Positions 7,032 to 14,915 are shown, counted from the first letter of the stretch. The stretch: 19,163 bases of DNA from a bacterium (GCA_049472335.1 JBLIRO010000086.1:1-19163); one strand, 5' to 3'. Numbers and translations are program-made. Notes: a model not told the origin generated them from the sequence alone.

Positions 7032-10000
7032 ATGAACCGATTTTTGAAAGGTTTTATATTTTTTCTGACCCTTTTTATCTTGTTGGCTATGGTTAAATCA
7101 ATAACCATAGCACAAGTGATTTACCCACTGCTTGAGAAATACCCTCCTCCTCCTGATATATCAGAGATTTCATACGCTTCAAAATTGCCTGTTTGGCGGC
7201 AAATATTGATTGACGACTTTGAGTATCTGGACAGTCCTTTCAATCACGGGTGGATAGATTCACGATATCCGGTTTGGGGATATGGTATTGGCTATACCAC
7301 CATATACAATAATGTTTTTGATAGCCAAATAGGAAGCCGGGTGATTGATTGTTATCGTCCTCCTTCGGTATTTCTGCTCAGCACTCCCTATGAGATAACC
7401 AAGATATTCCATAATCTGATTACACCAATTAGTCCTCCCAATTTTGAAGGTAAGCCATATATAGATATGACCACAAACCCAATTATCAGCTTCGATTTCA
7501 AAGCACCTCTTGGAATCGATCCCACGTATGAGATCTTTGAACTGGGTGTCATCGGAGAAGGTAACAATGAAGATAAGGAAGTTACTGTCAGGATCATCCC
7601 GGTCCAAGCCTCTTCCGTTGACTTTTTAGGACCCCTTAACAGTACTGAAGAAATGCATGGCATGAGTGCTGCTGTCAGCGATTTTAATCCAGCCGGACAA
7701 TTAGAGGTCACAGTGATTATGGGTAGCAGAGTGATCGATGGCTCATGGCATGCTATACAGGTCAATCTGGGCAAAGCAGTAAAGGCTGCCGTAGATGTAT
7801 TCGATGATATTGATTCAAATGATAAAACAGATTGGTATATGGCCAGGGCCAATTGTATAGCGTTAAGCGGCTATACGTTCCGTTTGGATAATATAATCTT
7901 TAAAAGCAAAACGGATAGCGAATCCAAGGTTGACCTTTTCGAAATGGGACCGCTCTATGCTCAGATCTTTGAGCCTTACAGATATCTGTTCATTGCGGAT
8001 TACAAGGGCATAGGAATAACAGCCTTTGATGTGCATGGCCAGGCAAGTGAAATTGATCAGATCACTGATCTGATGCTCAACCCTGACAACTTTCTCTTTG
8101 TTCAGGACCCTGATGATCCGAATGATACGGTCATAAGATACTGGACGGATTTGGGCGCTGATCCCAACCTGTTCGGAAAGGTTGATCCCAACATATCCCT
8201 GCTTTTTGATTCTGATGGCGATAGACAGTTCATAGTAGATCTCAGTCTGCCCATCTTTGCTGATCCTAACTTGAGATTAGGTGGCTCTGCCGCTGAGACA
8301 ATCATTAATCGAGGGCCCCTGGCCTGGGATTCCACAATAGGCGGTTACAGCACCAATTGTATCCAGCCATTTCTGCTGCAGCCGTTGGTGGTCTACCCTT
8401 ATGACGGTATGCCGTCATACATACCGGCCAATTTTTCTGTAATAGAGGTAATAAAGAAATACGGAAGTCCGTGTTACTCCCCTGAACTCGTTTATATGCT
8501 GGAGGGAGCGCTTTGGAATGCTGGTGTATTGGCCTGGCAGAACATTGCGGCCCTTGACTTTACGCCAAAGTATTTTGAAGACTATATTGTGACTATTGAA
8601 GTGACGGATGGAATACATCATGATGTCAGGACCTTCCCCTTAAGCGTGGTTAATAATCCGGTGGAAAATTATCCGCCGGTGCTCCAGTTGGGTAACGATG
8701 ATCCGGTTTTTTTTATTGGTGAGATCAATGAATATGCGGTCAATTTAATCGATCCGGATTGTTTCATCTTCTCCCTGTCACTACTTGCACCAGGGACTAC
8801 ACATATACCCGGATTTCCTATTTCTGAGGATTTCAGGACCGATATGGATGATCTCCTATGGGAAATAGAAGGGGTAAACGGGGAAATAGTCCATTCGTAT
8901 TGTTTCCTTCCATATTGTCCCTGTTTTTCCTTTCCCGGCATGAATGATTTTGATTGCTGGAATTTCATAAATACCGGTTTGATTAAATTTTCTCCCCAGT
9001 CTGAGGGCACTTTTAATTTTTATATAATATTCTCTGATGCTAGAGGAGGGACGGGCATCCTCGACGAATTAAAAATCATTTGCATTTTCAAATCAGATGC
9101 TGATAAAGACGGCATTTATGATTCGCTGGATAACTGTCCTTTCTCGTCAAATCCAGGCCAGATGGATTCAGATGAAGATGGTATAGGTGATGCGTGTGAC
9201 ACCTGTCCGGCAATTCCCGATCCAAATCAGGATGATATGGACAATGACAGTATCGGTGATTTATGTGATAACTGTCCGGAAACTTCCAATACCGGCCAAC
9301 TGGATACTGATTTAGACGGTAAAGGCAATGCATGCGATTTATGTCCCGATGATCCTGACGATGATTCAGATGGGGATGGACAGTGCGGTGACATAGATAA
9401 TTGTCCGCATATCTGGAATCCGGATCAGGAAGACACGGATGGCGACGGTTTAGGTAATACCTGTGACAATTGTCCTGAAAGTCCCAACCCGGATCAAAAA
9501 AATTCTGACGGGGATGGAATTGGAGATACCTGTGATAAGTGCCCTTATTTTTCGAATCCAAACCAGCAGGACACTGATGGAGACGGAACTGGTGATGTAT
9601 GTGACACATGTCCGGAAATCCCTGATCCTGATCAGGATGATCAGGACGGGGACGGCATCGGTGATTTATGTGATAATTGTATAGGAACTCCCAATCCCTT
9701 TCAGGTGGATCTTGATCAGGATGGAATAGGTTATTACTGCGATCTATGTCCCAATGATTCCGACAATGACATAGACGGAGATGGTATCTGTGGAAATATG
9801 GACAACTGTCCAAATATCTCAAATCCCGACCAGGTGGATTCAGACGGAGATAATACAGGTGATGCCTGTGAGAATTCATCATCCCCTTCTGATAAAAGTC
9901 AAAGCAAGTATATATGGCCATACTATCATTTCTGGCCACAGAGCTTGGGATTATTGAGTTTTATGCCTTACAGCTTTCCAGGATATCTACCTGGTTTCAT

Positions 10001-10199
10001 TTATAGCTCATTATTTAGTAATACCCAAATCCCTTTAATTCTAAATATTCCTCAAGGAAAGCTTATAAAGACCACAAATTATGGATTTTATTTTTTACCA
10101 AGTCTTTGGACAACACCATATTCACAGAATTGGCCTGCTTTTATTCCATCCTATGAACAAAATACTTTACCAATAGGTTTCTCTCAGTATTTGCCGTAG
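7032..10199 (+). CDS. Large secreted multidomain protein: CBM11/CIA30-like jelly roll, Ig/cadherin-like domains, thrombospondin type 3 repeats, aromatic/Pro-rich tail
   Basis: Signal peptide; LIDDFE...ISFDFK...DGSWHAIQVNL...FRLDNIIF; VTIEVTDG...NYPPVL...LIDPD...TGLIKFSP...FSDARGG; 11 DxC.....NPxQxDxDxDGxGDxC-type units; tail YIWPYYHFWPQ...YLP. Confidence 0.85.
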   Translation: MNRFLKGFIFFLTLFILLAMVKSITIAQVIYPLLEKYPPPPDISEISYASKLPVWRQILIDDFEYLDSPFNHGWIDSRYPVWGYGIGYTTIYNNVFDSQIGSRVIDCYRPPSVFLLSTPYEITKIFHNLITPISPPNFEGKPYIDMTTNPIISFDFKAPLGIDPTYEIFELGVIGEGNNEDKEVTVRIIPVQASSVDFLGPLNSTEEMHGMSAAVSDFNPAGQLEVTVIMGSRVIDGSWHAIQVNLGKAVKAAVDVFDDIDSNDKTDWYMARANCIALSGYTFRLDNIIFKSKTDSESKVDLFEMGPLYAQIFEPYRYLFIADYKGIGITAFDVHGQASEIDQITDLMLNPDNFLFVQDPDDPNDTVIRYWTDLGADPNLFGKVDPNISLLFDSDGDRQFIVDLSLPIFADPNLRLGGSAAETIINRGPLAWDSTIGGYSTNCIQPFLLQPLVVYPYDGMPSYIPANFSVIEVIKKYGSPCYSPELVYMLEGALWNAGVLAWQNIAALDFTPKYFEDYIVTIEVTDGIHHDVRTFPLSVVNNPVENYPPVLQLGNDDPVFFIGEINEYAVNLIDPDCFIFSLSLLAPGTTHIPGFPISEDFRTDMDDLLWEIEGVNGEIVHSYCFLPYCPCFSFPGMNDFDCWNFINTGLIKFSPQSEGTFNFYIIFSDARGGTGILDELKIICIFKSDADKDGIYDSLDNCPFSSNPGQMDSDEDGIGDACDTCPAIPDPNQDDMDNDSIGDLCDNCPETSNTGQLDTDLDGKGNACDLCPDDPDDDSDGDGQCGDIDNCPHIWNPDQEDTDGDGLGNTCDNCPESPNPDQKNSDGDGIGDTCDKCPYFSNPNQQDTDGDGTGDVCDTCPEIPDPDQDDQDGDGIGDLCDNCIGTPNPFQVDLDQDGIGYYCDLCPNDSDNDIDGDGICGNMDNCPNISNPDQVDSDGDNTGDACENSSSPSDKSQSKYIWPYYHFWPQSLGLLSFMPYSFPGYLPGFIYSSLFSNTQIPLILNIPQGKLIKTTNYGFYFLPSLWTTPYSQNWPAFIPSYEQNTLPIGFSQYLP
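9096..9873 (+). repeat. TSP type 3 Ca2+-binding repeat array (11 units) with a 405-nt higher-order period
   Basis: Asp/Cys-rich units; the unit at 9198 (DTCPAIPDPNQDD) recurs at 9603 (DTCPEIPDPDQDD). Confidence 0.9.
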
Positions 10200-10240
10200 A
10201 TATTTTATTGTATAAAAATATGAGAATATGATCAAAAGTC

Positions 10241-10422
10241 TTGGGAGTGGTTTTCTCTATCCAATCATGGGGAAAGCTAATTTTTATCCCCGCCTCCATG
10301 GATTGGTCAGCAAGGGTGAATTTGACGAAAAGTTCATCTTCCACTCTCTCCCATGGATAGATAAACAGAAGATGGCTGTCCTTTTTATGGACAAAGTCTT
10401 TAGTATGTTTATAAAAAAGGGA
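10241..10422 (+). mobile_element. Degenerate IS91-family (Y2/HUH) transposase fragment
   Basis: LGVVFSIQSWG in one frame, then after a frameshift KANFYPRLHGLVSKGEFDEKFIFHSLPWIDKQKMAVLFMDKVFSMFIKKG. This resembles the IS91 pattern iQtfG..lnfHPHLH.LvtdGgfd..g.F.......F..kV..ml.kkG, with the HUH motif decayed. Confidence 0.7.
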
Positions 10423-10785
10423 TACGGAAACATCTTGACTTGTAGCAGCCTCACGCTCATGCCCAGCCTCAAAATGACAAATTGCTTTTCAATGACGATA
10501 CAGTTTATGATTACTCTTTTCTTGACTCCTTTGCTTTTCAGAACTTCTCATTGAAAAACCCTAATCCGGAGTTTTTCTCTTCTTTTTGATCTTTTGTGTA
10601 TTTTTTACATATGTTATGTCCCTCTATGAAACTATTGCACTTTACAACTTCATTATCTTAAAAGATTATTCAATTATCTATTTTGATTTTATACCATGGT
10701 TTGATTTATACCCTCTCATGAGAAATCCAATTTTCTGGGATATATCTTTATAAGTTATTTGTCCAAAAATTGCTGGTTTTTAATG

Positions 10786-11445
10786 TTAATAAACCTTAAA
10801 TTTATTTTTAAATCCAGTAAGACTGATTAAACCAGCAAAAAGAAGAAATATAGTAGATGGCTCTGGTATAGGCTCATAATCATAGGTGGCTGTCATATAA
10901 CCGTCCAGGTAAGGGTATGTTGCAAGGTGATAACGATTCCCAGAAGCTAGAAACACTTCAGGGGTCACGACAAAATAAACTGGATCACCAAATAGTCCAA
11001 TTTTATAATCATTTGCATGGAGGGTGAAAAAGGATAGTATTAAAGGATCTGTAAAGGTCTGAGTATCCGAGCCACTAGCTTGCATAGTTCCAAAAGGACC
11101 TGCATATTCCCCTTCACCAGTAAAATTTCCACCTACAGAGAATTCTCTATCTCCTAATAAATTATTAGTCACTGGGAAAATAAGATTATATTGAAATTCA
11201 CCGGAAAAAGTACCTGAACCAAAAGGTAAGTTATTATCCTGGGTGTCATAGTCAACATATAAACTAACTGGATTGTATTCTAGAGTTATAGAATTTAATG
11301 TTCCAAGTAAAGGATCAAATAAGAAGTCATGGACATCTATATTACTACCTACATTAAGATTGACTGGACTATTTATTATTTCTGCATTCGCAAAACTGAT
11401 GAAAAAAAGAAATATAAAGAATATTGATAAAACTGTTTTCTTCAT
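10786..11445 (-). CDS. PEP-CTERM sorting-domain surface protein
   Basis: Signal peptide ending ANA; C-terminus IPEPSTIFLLFAGLISLTGFKNKFK has the PEP motif, a TM helix and a basic tail. Confidence 0.93.
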   Translation of the reverse strand: MKKTVLSIFFIFLFFISFANAEIINSPVNLNVGSNIDVHDFLFDPLLGTLNSITLEYNPVSLYVDYDTQDNNLPFGSGTFSGEFQYNLIFPVTNNLLGDREFSVGGNFTGEGEYAGPFGTMQASGSDTQTFTDPLILSFFTLHANDYKIGLFGDPVYFVVTPEVFLASGNRYHLATYPYLDGYMTATYDYEPIPEPSTIFLLFAGLISLTGFKNKFKVY

Positions 11446-11610
11446 TTTTTGTCCCTCTCATTATCACATTAAAATTATAATCAAGAATAGAATTTTTTGT
11501 TTATCTTATATCCTCCTTTCATGAAGAAATTTTATTAAAAAAGATTTATTTTAGTAAGTTAAAAATATAGAAAAAATAAATTTATAATTACCAATAAATT
11601 GTTAATCACA

Positions 11611-11626
11611 GCAAATTTAATGCCAA
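11611..11626 (-). promoter_or_regulatory. Sigma54 -24/-12 promoter of the PEP-CTERM gene
   Basis: Minus strand reads TTGGCATTAAATTTGC, matching TGGCAY-N5-TTGC with exact spacing. Confidence 0.8.
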
Positions 11627-11794
11627 TAATTGACTTGATAATATTATAAATACTAATATCTTGTGATAACTAAAGAAATGATACTTATAAGTAATTAAAA
11701 AATATAGATTATAAATTTGAATTATATATGATTTCTGCTGGCTATTGAGTAGTTATTAATATTAAAAAGTTATTTCTTTTATTAAATATTAAAG

Positions 11795-11885
11795 TGTCTT
11801 ATTTCCATACAATATCCGATATATAAATTATAAGCTTTTATTAACAGAGAGATATCATAGATAAAAACTGTAGCAATTCAAAACA
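11795..11885. promoter_or_regulatory. Two TGT-N11-ACA candidate enhancer-binding-protein (PrsR-type) sites
   Basis: TGTCTTATTTCCATACA at 11795-11811 and TGTAGCAATTCAAAACA at 11869-11885, about 170 and 245 nt upstream of the sigma54 box. Confidence 0.5.
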
Positions 11886-12214
11886 TTTTATAAACATAGA
11901 AAAATAGAACGACCCTCTTTTTTTTAAGTTTCCTCATCCAGTTCTTCACCAAATGTTAGATTTACTGTTCGCGCGTCGAACGGTCCCTTTCGTATGAGCT
12001 GAAAGGAAACCTCTCTGTATTTACAGGGATATATTATAGCTGATTTATAGCCCTTAACTAGGAAAAACAGTGATTCAGAGGTACCATTCCTTACGAGAAT
12101 TATCTATTTTCTCCAGTTTTTTTGGATGATAATTTCGTAACCCTCTGGGAGATTAAAAGATGATTTTGTCCACCTCTCTTTTTGTGGACATCGACGGCAC
12201 TTAGAACAAGCTAC

Positions 12215-13282
12215 TTACAATCTGATCAATTCATAATCAAGGTTACCCAAGCCGATGGATTGCGCATGCTTAAGCTGATCGATCCCGTCGTAATCGGGAT
12301 GGGCCTCATGAAAGATATCTTTTCCGCAGGAGGAATTCACCAGATCAAAGCTAGCTTTGTCGATACTGACCGGATCACAAGAAGCAAGAATTCCCACGTC
12401 AGGGGCAATTTGAAAATTCTCCAAACCCCAACAGTCGCATTCTTTATTGATAGAAACGGCAAAATTGAAGAATGCGCACTTGTTTTTCTTCCCGTGCAGC
12501 ACCGCAAATGCATATTCCACCATCTTTTTCTGCATTTCTTCTCCGGCGTCCATATCAACGAACAGCGCCATCGTAGGACAAACAGCAATGCAACTGGCGC
12601 ACCCGATGCATTTGCTCCTGTCGAGCGAGGATTTACTGTCAACCAGAGTTAGGGCTCCAACAGGACAGATGTTAACGCATTCCCCGCAGCCAATACAGTT
12701 TTCAGGGAAAATGACTGGAGCAATATCGCAATGCTGCGCAAGCTTGCCTTCTCTTGTAGCGCAGCCCATGCCCACGTTTTTTATCGATCCTCCAAAGCCA
12801 CTCAATGCATGGCCTTTAAAATGAGTAATTACTACGAGTGCGTCAGCATCAGCAAATACACGCGCAATCTTTGCCGATGAGACATATTTCAAATGCAAGG
12901 GAATCTCAACAGTGTTCTCCTTTTTCGAGCAATCAGGAACAACTATATCCACGCCTACGGACTCCCTGGTGAAACCATGCTCCGCAGCCAGTTTTACGTG
13001 ATCAACGGAATTTAATCTTCTGCCGCGATAAAGGGTGTTGGCATCGGAGAGAAAGCCAGTCGCGCCTTTGCCTTTGATAGCTTTGCAAATAGCGCGGACG
13101 TAAGGCGGTTTCACGAATCCGGTATTTCCCTCTTCCCCGAAATGAGTCTTTATCGCTACGTTCCATTCTGGGCGAAAATTTGCATGCCCCCCGCTTTTCT
13201 TGATGAGCAGGTGAAGCTTGCTCAATGATTCCGGGACATCCCTTATATCTTTAACCTCAACAAAATAGACTTTGCTTTTCAT
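12215..13282 (-). CDS. DUF362 domain protein with a 2x[4Fe-4S] ferredoxin domain
   Basis: VAIKTHFGEEGN, HFKGH..GFGGSIKNVGMGCA, CIGCGECVNICP and CIGCASCIAVCP, ECDC, DVGILASCDPVSID; GGAAGGA RBS. Confidence 0.92.
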   Translation of the reverse strand: MKSKVYFVEVKDIRDVPESLSKLHLLIKKSGGHANFRPEWNVAIKTHFGEEGNTGFVKPPYVRAICKAIKGKGATGFLSDANTLYRGRRLNSVDHVKLAAEHGFTRESVGVDIVVPDCSKKENTVEIPLHLKYVSSAKIARVFADADALVVITHFKGHALSGFGGSIKNVGMGCATREGKLAQHCDIAPVIFPENCIGCGECVNICPVGALTLVDSKSSLDRSKCIGCASCIAVCPTMALFVDMDAGEEMQKKMVEYAFAVLHGKKNKCAFFNFAVSINKECDCWGLENFQIAPDVGILASCDPVSIDKASFDLVNSSCGKDIFHEAHPDYDGIDQLKHAQSIGLGNLDYELIRL

Positions 13283-13310
13283 AGTCCTTCCTTTTTTTAA
13301 ATCCTTTAGG

Positions 13311-13424
13311 TTATCGACCGGTCAATTTTTCAAGTTTCTAAGGGTATCGAGCCCCCTGAACGGTGATCTTGGAGGGAGCGTTATCGATCTCGCCAAGATC
13401 GTCTGATGAAAGTTTGACTCCCAC
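13311..13424 (-). pseudogene. C-terminal fragment of an aldo/keto reductase with an internal stop
   Basis: Translates as VGVKLSSDDLGEIDNAPSKITVQGARYP*KLEKLTGR*, matching the AKR C-terminal pattern ELT.DDL.EI..A.SKI.VQGARYPE.LE..TGR. TAG at 13338-13340 replaces the expected Glu. Confidence 0.8.
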
Positions 13425-13510
13425 TTATAAAGATAAACTATATACGTAATGTTTATTTTAGGATGATTTGGAATTTTGTCTATTGTATCAAATATAGATA
13501 CTTATAAGAA

Positions 13511-13539
13511 ATAATATTTTCATGAAGGAAAGAAGTCAA
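13511..13539 (-). promoter_or_regulatory. Candidate sigma70 promoter upstream of the AKR remnant/DUF362
   Basis: TTGACT-N17-TATTAT on the minus strand. Confidence 0.45.
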
Positions 13540-13574
13540 CCAGATGCTTATCTTTAAAAGAAAAGCCCTCTGGT

Positions 13575-13612
13575 AAAGTAAAAAAGGGATCAGAGAATCT
13601 CTCTAATCCCTT
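13575..13612 (-). terminator. Intrinsic terminator downstream of 13792-14826
   Basis: Minus strand AAGGGATTAGAGA-GAT-TCTCTGATCCCTT hairpin (one U.G pair) followed by TTTTACTTT. Confidence 0.7.
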
Positions 13613-13791
13613 GATTTATCAGAGCTCTCCGGGGTGGAACCTTAGAGCTTGTTAATATAGGATGAGACACAGCTCCAAATGAAGCGAATTCACAACTAAA
13701 ATTTGGAGGCCAGGTCAACCTTTGGCGCCCTCAACGGCCCACAGCTCTCCTGTGAGCAAGGAAACCAAGATAACAAATCTTCCTTTTTCTT

Positions 13792-14826
13792 TTAATCAGT
13801 TAATATCCCTCCCCACTCAAGTACCACAAAACCCTCACGTTTTGGAGTATCAATGACCGGAGGTTGCAGTGCATTTTCCTCATTCGTCGGTTCATCAAGA
13901 GGTCTGAAATAGAAAATTACCCTGATCAAGGTATCGGGCTGAGGCGTTATGATTAATGTGGCATGTTCAGCCAGGAATTCACTGCCCAAAAGCTTTACTT
14001 CATAGTAGGGATGTGCAGTAAGCTTTTCCAGCCAATACTCCATAAACTGGGCCTTTTCCTTCTCATTAAGGCCGAGCAAGGGGAGATTTTCAGAAAACCA
14101 TGTCTCAAGATTCCCCTTGGCGACTACCCATCCCTGATCAGGAAGTTCCAGTGTGTTCAGATCAGTCTCAGCCTCCCAGAAAAGGTAATCATAGGGAATA
14201 TCTTGAAAATAGCCATCCCTCATGTCGAATATTTCTCCATTAGGTTTGCCCAGGACATACCAGCCATCATCATAAGAGGGAATGGTCTGGGTGAGCTGGC
14301 CGTCAATCTCAAGCTTGATACTGATATAAGTATCCTCCTGCGGGTAAAGATAAATAGCCGGCTTTCCGTAAAGACCAGTACCAGGAATACCGCAGACATC
14401 TATGGTAGAGTATCCCCAAGAATAGCTCCAGGGGGAATAATACGGCTGCTGATACCCCCAGGAATAATAAGGATCCTGGTACCCCCAGTTATAATAAGGC
14501 TGTTGGTACCAAGAGTTATAGTACGGTTCCTGGTACCCAAAAGGATAATATGACTGTTGGTACCCCCAGGAATAATAAGGATCCTGGTATCCCCAGGAAT
14601 AATAAGGCTGTTGGTACCAAGAGTTATAGTACGGTTCCTGGTACCCAAAAGGATAATATGACTGCTGGTACCCCCAGGAATAATATGGCTGTTGGTATGT
14701 AAAGTTGTAATAAGGCTGTTGGTACCAATAGTCCCACGGCAAACCGGTACCCTGTCCAAAGACGTAATGAAACGCGAAAAATACAAAGAAGAAACTCACA
14801 AACAAAGTAAACATTAGCTTTTTCAT
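13792..14826 (-). CDS. Secreted protein with YQQPYYSWG repeats fused to an uncharacterised 'KPxIYLYP...EWGG' domain
   Basis: Start moved to ATG 14826 (GGAGG RBS; MKKLMFTLFVSFFFVFFAFHYVFG|Q). Domain motifs KPAIYLYP, YDYLFWEA, LGLNEKEKAQFMEYW, PQPDTLIRV, REGFVVLEWGG. Confidence 0.85.
   Translation of the reverse strand: MKKLMFTLFVSFFFVFFAFHYVFGQGTGLPWDYWYQQPYYNFTYQQPYYSWGYQQSYYPFGYQEPYYNSWYQQPYYSWGYQDPYYSWGYQQSYYPFGYQEPYYNSWYQQPYYNWGYQDPYYSWGYQQPYYSPWSYSWGYSTIDVCGIPGTGLYGKPAIYLYPQEDTYISIKLEIDGQLTQTIPSYDDGWYVLGKPNGEIFDMRDGYFQDIPYDYLFWEAETDLNTLELPDQGWVVAKGNLETWFSENLPLLGLNEKEKAQFMEYWLEKLTAHPYYEVKLLGSEFLAEHATLIITPQPDTLIRVIFYFRPLDEPTNEENALQPPVIDTPKREGFVVLEWGGILTD
14428..14724 (-). repeat. Coding 27-nt tandem repeat x11 with a near-identical 108-nt higher-order unit
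   Basis: gtacggttcctggtacccaaaaggataatatgactg occurs at 14521 and 14629; units translate as YQ[QED][PS]YYxxx. Confidence 0.95.
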
Positions 14827-14900
14827 CTTTCTAACCTCCATATACGGATAAGTCAATGAATACAAACAGGCTTGAAATCCGTGATATAATGATGTTTTAT

Positions 14901-14915
14901 GCATTAATTATACCA
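14901..14915 (-). promoter_or_regulatory. Candidate sigma54 promoter of the YQQPYY-repeat gene
   Basis: Minus strand TGGTATAATTAATGC has GG and GC at correct -24/-12 spacing, about 75 nt upstream of the ATG. Confidence 0.5.

Noticed and set aside
9088..9939. 283-aa minus-strand ORF, and other shadow ORFs such as 561-965, 12182-12652, 13963-14553 and 14400-14786
   Set aside because: These are antisense or alternate-frame products of repetitive or GC-richer real genes, with no recognisable motifs.
10228..10554. 108-aa ORF as an intact gene (likewise 15051-15410)
   Set aside because: Only a short internal part resembles a transposase; the rest is chance open frame.
11925..12150. Possible decayed gene fragment on the minus strand (similar candidates at 16130-16340 and 10430-10610)
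   Set aside because: Translations are short or interrupted and match no family I recognise; blastx would be needed.
13346..13424. Riboswitch or hammerhead candidate (GATCTTGG/CCAAGATC stem, CTGATGA) upstream of DUF362
   Set aside because: There is no correctly placed GAAA core, and the stretch is better explained as an aldo/keto reductase coding remnant.
13580..13640. att-site or tRNA 3'-end scar (hairpin + TTGATTTAT + gctctccgggg)
   Set aside because: There is no convincing tRNA arm, no integrase and no second copy in the window; a terminator explains the hairpin.
14428..14724. CRISPR-like regular repeats with recurring GGTACC
   Set aside because: The period is 27 nt with no unique spacers, the repeats are in frame within a CDS, and there are no cas genes.
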